This document shows, piece after piece, positions 22,851 through 31,730 of a stretch of 34,951 bases of DNA. The notes beneath the pieces are model-generated. The model saw nothing but the letters and a program-made list of their open reading frames with translations, did not search any database and was not told the origin of the DNA. Source of the DNA: Xylographa opegraphella. Its lineage: Eukaryota. The stretch covers positions 372,001-406,951 of the forward strand of contig JALDZX010000018.1 of NCBI GenBank assembly GCA_022813865.1. The letters run 5' to 3'. The translations under genes were made by a program, and so were the position numbers. Each line of letters starts with the position of its first letter. Position 1 is the first letter of the stretch.

Positions 22851-23957
22851 ATGGCGCTCGATGTTGCACTTGCCATGATGAATTTTGCGAGTCAACTTGG
22901 CGATGTACCATTTATATACAGGCTGAAACCAGGATGGGCGAGCAGTTCAGGTACTGATACCAAGTTCGACTGCTCTAGAGCGATCGCAAAGCTCCCTAGG
23001 TCCAGTGAACCAATGGATATTGAGTTCCGGCGACCCAGAATCATCACCGTTGGCGCTTGTGCCATTGGTATATATGTCACGAAACCCGACCCATCCGGCT
23101 TAACCGCCGTTACTGAGACCTGGGACCACGTGGTGGACTGGGTAGCAGGTGCCAACGGCCTGAACACCGCGGTACAATCGAGTGGATGGGTGATTGAAAC
23201 GGTTTCAGGGATACAGGTCTGCTTTTGGGAACCGGAAGTCGTGGATCCACAACATATATGTGAATTACCCGGCACATACACGATGAAACGCCCCATCCCT
23301 ATGACAATTGCGACTTGCCTCGATATCATGCATGTCCCGCGAGCTAAGACCTCATCTATCGGCACTATAACTGCCTCCTCTTCTGCCTCTTCTTCAACCA
23401 GTACCAGCCAATTGACTTCCAACTTACCAGCATCCACTTCTCCCAGTGAAGATGTCATTATTGGCGTTTACCGACCTGTCCCAAATTGGACTAAGCCTGG
23501 GTTCAGCGCCGAAGCCTGTTTTGATGTCGTCAGGTCACTACACAAAGCCCCCATATCTACCACCGGCAATCAGATGTTTATGAAGTATCCACAAGTATAT
23601 GCCAACGATATCTGCACCTGTGCCTTTTTTTTCACCAATCCTCCAAAATTGGGTCAGGGCACGGATTTTCCCAGAGGAGGCATGAATTTCCAAATGGAGG
23701 CCCATCAATTACTGATGCGCACAGTATTGGTAAACGGCCAAGGGGGGTTCGTGGACCTGCCGAACGGGATTCAGATAGTCCTCTATGATTCGGGAATAGA
23801 TCCAAGGCATATCTGTTGGCTGACATCGAGAGTCAGCTTGCGAGCATGTTTGGACAATATGGTCAGGTACTACAAGCCAGGTCCAACAACTACTGGATAT
23901 TTTACAGGAACCGAGAGTAGTGTTGCACCTACCTCTCGCAGCAAAACTCGGCCATGA
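22851..23957 (+). CDS. Hypothetical protein with two diverged ~135-aa Cys-containing repeats joined by a Ser/Thr-rich linker
   Basis: 368-aa ORF. Internal similarity: YRLKPGW/YRPVPNW, SGIQVCFWEPEVVDPQHICEL/NGIQIVLYDSGIDPRHICWL, ATCLDIM/RACLDNM. The N-terminus may have an unresolved upstream exon (possible acceptor CTACAG at 22837-22842). Confidence 0.75.
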   Translation: MALDVALAMMNFASQLGDVPFIYRLKPGWASSSGTDTKFDCSRAIAKLPRSSEPMDIEFRRPRIITVGACAIGIYVTKPDPSGLTAVTETWDHVVDWVAGANGLNTAVQSSGWVIETVSGIQVCFWEPEVVDPQHICELPGTYTMKRPIPMTIATCLDIMHVPRAKTSSIGTITASSSASSSTSTSQLTSNLPASTSPSEDVIIGVYRPVPNWTKPGFSAEACFDVVRSLHKAPISTTGNQMFMKYPQVYANDICTCAFFFTNPPKLGQGTDFPRGGMNFQMEAHQLLMRTVLVNGQGGFVDLPNGIQIVLYDSGIDPRHICWLTSRVSLRACLDNMVRYYKPGPTTTGYFTGTESSVAPTSRSKTRP

Positions 23958-24180
23958 AAGACTTTCTTTCTACATACTGCGCTCGTTTTGATGTGTCATC
24001 AAAATCTTCAATTTTTATCTCGCGTTACTTTGCTTGACCGAAGTACGTCACACCAATTGTGCACACTCCCTCTTCAGAACAATTGGATTCTAATACTAGA
24101 AAGTTCACAGCTACCAAACCGCCAGGTAACTTTAGACCAGTGCGTGGCTATAAATAGCCTACCTCGATAGCGCGGATGCC

Positions 24181-25111
24181 TTACGGAGGCAGCCAAGGCT
24201 GGGGGTCTCTTATCATACAATAAAGCTGAATGGCCGTTACGTCGAATTGGAAAGAACCATCTAGCAGAGGCGACTCACCTTACACAACTCTCCTTCATCA
24301 TCGCAATCCATCTCTTTGACCTTCCGAAACCCCAAGCGCTCATATATCTTAGTATTGGGTTCGTCCCGACTGCTCTCCAGGTAGCACTTCCTCCCTTCTT
24401 GATCCGCCATATGTGTCACTTCCCGAAATAATAACTTCCCTATACCTCTGCCCTGCTCGCTTGGCAGCACGGTAATAATGTTGCAGAAATAGTAGCTTTC
24501 AGGATCAACCCATAACGCTGCCTGGGCCTGCGCTTGGCGTTGCTTCCATATATAGTACCTCTGCCGACTGCATCGTCAGTACAACGATCTCTCAGAGAGC
24601 GCTTCTTCTGCCCAACTTAAAAACCTTTCCTCAGAAATACCACTACTCACCTTGACATTCAATCCTCCCCGTCCCCACCATAAATTCATCCCTACCTGAC
24701 GTCCCCACAGCACCCATCCCTGCATCCACTCATCCCAGCTTTGCCCCTTAGCCACCGACCGCGGGGGCATCCACATCGCAACACCCAATACTCTCTCGCG
24801 CCCCTCGTCTGTGTCCGCGGATGTGTCCTTCGCAACATAGAAAAGCGCGTTGCGGATCCCCCACAGGCAACGAATACGCAGCGAGACGCGGTTACGAGCC
24901 GGCGAGTACTGCGGGAAATGTGTCAACCAGAGCTCGCAAGCTGGACTGCTGAATGAGCCAGCAACTGAAGAGTACTAGAAGTTGTATAGCTTACAGCAGA
25001 CCGATCGTTGAACACCCAACGGTTGTACGGATCCTCCGCAAAGGCCGCCTGGATGCAGTCGATGGCGCCGGAGATATCCGCCTCTTTCAGCGGCGTAACG
25101 ACGACGGGCAT
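24181..25111 (-). CDS. GNAT-family N-acetyltransferase
   Basis: MPVVVTPLKEADI...AFAEDPY; introns 24994-24909, 24650-24561 and 24278-24226. Acetyl-CoA motif A VLPSEQGRGIGKLL, CYLESS, IYERLGF; ends LYCMIRDPQPWLPP, TAA at 24183-24181. The start may lie further upstream (see findings). Confidence 0.9.
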
Positions 25112-25454
25112 AGCTGCGCTGAGGCCAATGCCATTGGCATCAACTTCGGAGTTTTTCGAGCCCGAATGTTGGGAGCCGCTGTGGTGCGATTGGTTTCCGA
25201 GCTCCGCCAACCTCCGCCATGGTGGGGCAGAACCGCGGGGCAGCGCGGATTTGTAAGCTACGTCACCACACCGTCAAGGTCGAAATATAAGATAGCTATG
25301 GGCCATACGTGTTACAGTGATCTCATTGATTTAGGTCTACCTAAAGTATTTACTTCGTTCTATGTTCCGCGCAGTACAGAGAACGACCAGTCTTCTGCAA
25401 CAATTGAAAACACCGATCACTAACACGAGAGCAATTGCAATACTACCGCCCAAG

Positions 25455-26362
25455 ATGTCGCATTCACTATATATCGACGACACGCCGGCGAGCGTGAAGA
25501 ATGCAAAGGTTGGTGCTTTCTTTTGAAAGGAGATGTACTGGTAGCTGATTTACCCGGCTGCCTACGACAGGGATTGCACCTCATCACCATGAGCACACCC
25601 AATGGGCAGAAGGTGCAGATCATGCTGGAGGAGCTGGCAGAGAAATACGGGACGGAATGGGACACCACGTTTGTGTGAGGGCCCGAGGGACACCAGTTGG
25701 CGGTCATCATAATCTCATATCGGTTTAGAAATATCATGACCAACGACCAAAAGAAGGAGTGGTTCCTGCGCCTCGATCCCAATGGCCGCATCCCCGTCCT
25801 AGTGGACAATACGCAATCACCGCCATTTTCGGTTATGGAGAGCAGTGCTGAGCTGCTCTATCTCTTGAAGTTCGCTGACAAGGACGACGTGTTCGGTTTC
25901 AAGGACGAGTATGAGCGCTCGCAGGCTCTCCAATGGCTATTTTTCTGGCATGGTAGCGGCGCCCCATATCAGGGGCAGGTGAACCATTTCAACAAGTTCG
26001 CGAAAGAAAAGATCCCTTGTATGAGTAATGACACCCCTACCTTTGCGGGCAAAGCTAATTAAATGTGATAAGACGCTATTGAGCGCTTCAAGAACGAAAC
26101 TTTGAGAGTCTACGGCGTCCTCGAGATCCAATTATCTGGTAAGTTTACAGGCGAGCCGAAGGAGTATCTTGCCGGCAATGGCAAGGGAAAATACAGTGTT
26201 GCAGACATTGGGACATACCCATGGGTCAAGGCTTGGGAGTTCTCCGGTTTTTCGAAGGAGGATATGGAGGCATTTCCTCATCTGCTGAAGTGGATTGATC
26301 GTATAGGAGCGAGGCCCGCGGTGCAGAAAGGCTGTGGCGAGAAGTACAACATGCCGAAGTGA
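25455..26362 (+). CDS. Glutathione S-transferase, Ure2p/Nu-like
   Basis: ATG 25455; introns 25509-25570, 25675-25728 and 26019-26072. Motifs STPNGQKVQIMLEEL, DPNGRIPVLVD, MESSAELLYL, QWLFFW, YSVADIGTYPW, WIDRIGARPAV. Confidence 0.93.
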
Positions 26363-26422
26363 GATGGTCAAATAGTCCAAAGAAGAAAACAATAACTTGT
26401 TGAAAGTTCGTGGGTTATAGTT

Positions 26423-27133
26423 TCATTCTTCTGTGAATGATCTATAAGCCTCTTCATCCATCAAAGCAGAGATCTCCTCGGGATCAGTCACTTCCATCCT
26501 CGCAATCCACCCCTCCTCCTCAGGACCCTTATTTATAGTACCGGGTCGCTCCTCCAACACCGCGTTGCCCTCTACAATCGTTCCTGAGATCGGCGCATAT
26601 ATGTCGGATGCCGATTTTACTGATTCCACTGCCCCAATAGCGTCACCAGCGGCCACTTCTTGTCCGGTTGCCGGAAGCTCCACGAAAACTACATCTCCTA
26701 ATGCCTTAGCTGCATACGTCGATATTCCGATCGTGGCTAGCATGAACGTGTACAATTAGCCTGGTAGTACAGCATGGGGTGCAAAGCAACCAGTGGCCTA
26801 CCTGTCTTCTGATCGTCCGACAGCTCAATCCATTCGTGGGCGGAGGTGTAGCGCTTTGAGTTAACTGGAGCAGGCGATCAGTCAGCATGTGTAAGTGAAA
26901 GCCTGCTATGATTGATGCGAAAGCATAAGCGGCTGGAGGCACTCACGTAGTGCCGATGATGTGAGCCATCTCGATGGGGTTGGTGTTGTCGCGATTCTGA
27001 CGGGGGCGACGGCGAATCTTGTCAAATATGGAGTGGATTTCGCTGTAAAGAGCGTGGAGCATGATTGCGAGTAGGATGAATAAGAACGCAGCAAAAATGT
27101 ACGAGAGAATGTTGAAGAGTGTCTCATAGCCAT
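26423..27133 (-). CDS. GCV3: Glycine cleavage system H protein, mitochondrial
   Basis: ATG 27133 with an Arg/Ser-rich presequence; introns 26946-26865 and 26801-26737. Motifs RYTSAHEWI, LGDVVFVELP, AVESVKSASDIYAPISG (lipoyl-Lys). Confidence 0.95.
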
Positions 27134-27485
27134 TGAACGTGCGCGCAGCACCGTAAAGAAATGTGTTGTTTGATGTATTATCGTAAAGAAGATTGCGATT
27201 GAGTCTGTCACTGTGTGGGAGAATGTTGTTTGATCCAGCCTTCTGGAAACGAGTGTACTTGGATGTGCGATTGAGAGGGAGGGTAGTTAAAAGGCGCCAT
27301 GGTGACTGAAGATTGCGTCAATCGCGTCTGATAGCGGGAGCGCTTGTGACAGGCAGTAGATAGACACGGGAGCGCTTGTAGTCACGCTAGTAGATTTGGC
27401 CGTTGGACTTGGACACTACTACACGATGCTCTGAACAGATTCAGTCCTGTCTGTTCGATGGTTAGAATCCAGGAAGTCTGAAAGG
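27134..27485. promoter_or_regulatory. Compact bidirectional promoter between GCV3 and MRP17, containing a 13-bp direct repeat
   Basis: Divergent ATGs about 350 bp apart; CGGGAGCGCTTGT occurs at 27335-27347 and 27367-27379. Confidence 0.6.
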
Positions 27486-27998
27486 ATGCTTTATGAATTA
27501 GTAGCGGTTGTAAGTCTCAGCGCATTAGTGCGTGTTGACCCTTATATCGGTGCTTGTGCTAAACGAAACAGGTCCGTCATGGCAATGTCGCTGAGGTCAA
27601 AGAGTATGTTTGCTGTGTTGCAGCACTTTACTCTTTCCCGACCACCTTATCTTGATTGTTGACCACAATGTAGGATCGCACGAATCACCGGCTCTCTCAT
27701 CCTGGGCTCCAATGGGGTGGTCCGTGGCCTGACAAACTGGGGCACCTTTCTCTTAACTAAACCTGTTCGAGCACATCAAGCGCGTCATATCCAAGGGCAC
27801 CACTTTGTCATGCGCTTCGACTGTTCGCCGCAGACACAGGAGGCAGTGAAGACGATGCTGGGCCTGGATCCGAGGATGATAAGGTTCGGGGTAGTAAAGC
27901 TGGGCGATGGCACATTGAATGGGATGAAAGATATCCAAGGGAGAGTGGAGTGGAATAGGCTCGATAAGGAAAGAGAGTTGGCAGCGAGAAAATCGTGA
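27486..27998 (+). CDS. MRP17: Mitochondrial small ribosomal subunit protein bS6m
   Basis: MLYELVAV/VRHGNVAEVKE/IARITG...GVVRGLTNWG...GHHFVMRFD...LGLDPRMIRFGVVKLG; introns 27510-27571 and 27604-27673. Confidence 0.92.
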
Positions 27999-28454
27999 TG
28001 ATCATCAGAAGATTGATAAAAGAAACGGCCGAGGCAGGAGCTGAACCGAGCAGAGATTGAAGCCGTGTATAGTCTGTCCCGATCGATGGATTGAGGTAAC
28101 ATAGTAGTGGTCACATGTGGTTAGCTCCGCAAGCATCTCCAGATGACTATCAGTTTGTCAGCGGATATGGAGGCTGTGGCTGCGAAGCCCGCAGTGCGGG
28201 TCGATCAGGACTGTGTGTATAAAGAACATATTAGTCTTGGCAACCTTTATCCTTCAATGTGAGCAACTAGACATGGCGATTTTGGAAATCCCACAATATT
28301 AGCTTTTGTATTGCTTAAACTGAGAAGTGTGTCATATATAAGATGGGTCACAAGTGCTGCCATCTTATCGAGCAACAACCTCGTACTGTTCCCAATATGC
28401 CAATCAAGCCCCAACGCCTTGCTTATGCAGTAGTGGTATCTTTATATAATGCTC

Positions 28455-31343
28455 TCAAAACAAACTCCATTTCTTTCCTCGTTCCTTGGCCGCACCAGCA
28501 GCTTGCTGTTGACCAAGCTCCCTCCGCTTTTCTCTTCCTTCCAGCATTCTCAGACTTTCCATCTTCTCAAGGACCAGTTCCAATAGCTCCTTTCTCTTGA
28601 TAACATCCAGGTGATTTCTGACCTTCGGGTCCTCCCGAGCGAACCTTTCTATGTCGGCGTCGCTCAAGTGTCGGCCAAGCCTAGCATCGAGCTCGCGTGG
28701 AAAATTATAGTAGAACTCGGAAAGAAGTTCGACATTCAGGAAGAGCACAGCGGTGGATGTGAGTTTGTCTGCAACTACATCAAGGAAGATTTCGGGGCAG
28801 TAGTACTTGTTTGTTTTGGATGAGCACTGTGTCGATTTCACAGCACGAAGGCGCATGTCTAAGATAGATGCTCGATCGCGGAGAAATACTGCTTCACGAC
28901 CTACATTGCAGCGTCAGCAAACATTATACTCATCAGTAGATAGCGCGACTACCTTTCTCGAGAAGGGCAGCGCTGAAACCGCCAGCACCACCAGAGCCAT
29001 TGCCTTCTAGGACCACTTCACCTTTGCGCACCCGATCGATGAAGCCCATGACATCTTTCAGTTTTCGCTTGCCGCCCACTGAGTTCTCTACGCTTCTGAC
29101 GGCTGTTTCGCAATCCTTAAGCTCGCTTCTTAGGACAGCTGCAATGTTCTGTCGCCCTTTAGTCCATTCAGGATCTTCAACTTCGATCTCAAACTTATAT
29201 GGTTTGATACAATTCTCAACCTGATCACTCGTGCTATAAAACCTTTCGTTAAGAATACTAGATGAAGCACTCGTTATGGCCTCTCGCGCGAAAGGATGTG
29301 CCGAAAAGGTTGACGCCGCAATCAGTGTATCGATGTGGCTTTGCAGAGCATTGGCCACGACTGTGGTGGCTAGGCGGCCTATTCCCAGTTTTGTGAGAGA
29401 CGACGTCGATGCATCAAGTTTTCTTTGCCAGTACAGAGATTCGCGATCAGCATTAGGTAGTTCGCTGATTGGATCTCGTTCTACAACAGGAATTTCAAGG
29501 TTGGTGACAGGCTTGTTCCAGTATCTCTGAGCCAGGATATCCAAGACTCGTTGGTCTAATTCTTGCTTTAAAAGCTCTCGCACTTGGCTGCGTCCAAATG
29601 AGTCTGCGAAAGCCTTGAAGGAGTGCTTGAAAGCATCGAGACTTTCAGCAAGGTACGACTCTGCACTTAGAGGTCGGTCATTATACTGTACTTTAAACTC
29701 GTATGTCGCTTCTTCTAGTTCTTGATGTATGGCATCACTGGTACCTTGCAGGCTCGCAGCCATTGTTTGTTCAAGGACATGCATAAGCTTCTTACGCAGA
29801 GTTGTTGTACCAACAGCTAAACCTGAGTCTTGTCCAAACTCTAGAGGATGTGATGAGAAGTAGGCGTTCTCGTTTTTTGTAATAGCGTTTGTGATACTTC
29901 CACTACCTCTTGAGAAGAGACTGCCACTAGTTTGTGGTACACGTGAAACAACTCCAACGTAACCCAGTCGTAAGGGATATTTCTTGTCACTAAGAATGCT
30001 GGCCCCACGTGAAGCATCCACCAAGTCCATCTTGGTGACTACTCCTATTGTTCGTTCGCCTCGGGGATCAACCCTCCGACTGGCTCTTAGCGCAGTGGAA
30101 TTTGCAAGATCGACATCAGCAGCAGAAATAGCCAGTATCACGTTTGGGGGCTGGATATATCTGTCGCAAAGATCGGCAATTTTCTGCTTTAGTTCTACAG
30201 GCTGATCATGACCAGAAACCTGTATGTATCCAGGCAGGTCAATCAGGGAGAGATCGGGCACATTCGGCGAATAGATCGAAAGCTGTATTGGATCGTCCGA
30301 AACACAGTCAGTGGCGGGTACTGCAAGGTTGAGATCTGTCAAAGTCCTTTGAATTTGGGAAAAGTCTGTAATCTTTCCCAGTCCCAAGGCTGGGAATTCT
30401 CCATACTCTGCTTGTGCATCAGGGGTATTCACAAGTGTCAGTTCGATCGGACGTCGAGTTACCATATTGGAGCCTTTGGGCAAGAACTCGTGTCCTACTA
30501 TAGCCTCCAGTACTGAACTCTTGCCGGAAGACTGTGATCCAATCACTACAATCGAGGGCAGTGTCAGAGCATTCGATTGACCTATAGTCTGTAGTATGCT
30601 TCGTATCTCGATCATCTTTTTAGTGAGCATCATCATCTGGTCATCCCTTGCGGCTTCTTGGCCAGATCTATTGTCATCCTCTGGAGATTGGGAATATCCG
30701 AAAGCTACTCCAGTACCGGCAGCAACAGCTGCTGCTCCAGCTCGGCTGTGCCTTGGTGGCTCTCCGCCACCGCCAGAAGAGCCTCCGTCTGTGGAATGTT
30801 CGGTCGACTGTAGTATGTTCTGAAGCCACTCTGGGAGTGCAACTTTGTCTCTCGTTTTATCCCATCCATCTTTGGTCTGACCGGCAATATCTGTGACTCT
30901 ATCAAAGAGGCTTCCAGCGGTATTAGTTGCTGCGTCTCTGGTCTGTCGCAATACTTCTATGGCGTAATTGCCGGCCTCTAGAAGACAACATCATCAGCTT
31001 TGCAAGATTACTTTCAAATAGGGAGCTTACGAGTAGCCTGATATTGGATATACGCGAGCCCGGCGATAGCAGCTCCCCCAAACATGGCAGGGATTCTGAG
31101 CAACTTCGTGGCAAGCTTGGGGAGAGCTCTTGCAAAAGAGATTGTTCGCACCGCTGGCACATTGTGGATTGCATAAGATCCAAGCGGCCATGATCTGCCT
31201 TGCGTGTTTCTGATGCCAGCAAAGCGTTGTAATAACCCGCCGGAAGTGGATATATGTCGGAGAGAACCGTGTAAGGGTCTTTGCGAAAGAGGACTGCGTG
31301 CCCAAGGCGCAAGGCCAGCCTTCAATAATTTTGTTGCACTCAT
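28455..31343 (-). CDS. MGM1: Dynamin-like mitochondrial inner-membrane fusion GTPase (Mgm1/OPA1)
   Basis: Mitochondrial presequence plus a hydrophobic segment (FGGAAIAGLAYIQY); introns 31030-30978 and 28952-28901. GTPase motifs GSQSSGKS, VTRRP, DLPG, TKMD; C-terminus ELLSEFYYNFPRELD...FAREDPK. Confidence 0.96.
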
Positions 31344-31730
31344 GCCAAGGTGCTTCGTCTTTTCATCCTACGTAGACACGAGGTACGTAGGTATTGTACT
31401 CATTTCCTGGCTCTCTCGAGTTGAGCAGTACCCTCCAACAACCCACGTAATAGCGGGCGGAAATTCTATCTTCCGTGTCTATCGAGGATTGCGACCATCG
31501 AACTATGCCTATTTTCTACCCCAGCGAGCCCAGCAATAGTCCAAGGTCTAAGCGAAGATCATTTGGTCATGATAGCATCTTTTTCAACCCATAGATACCG
31601 GTCCTGCTATTTAGAATGAAGTCTTCTTCACACATGCTACAGTATAGAATTGATCGTCAACCATTGCCTCAGGATAATCGTTTATTCTTTCACCATGTAT
31701 GTGTAAAGCGTACCTTATGTATGTATATTT

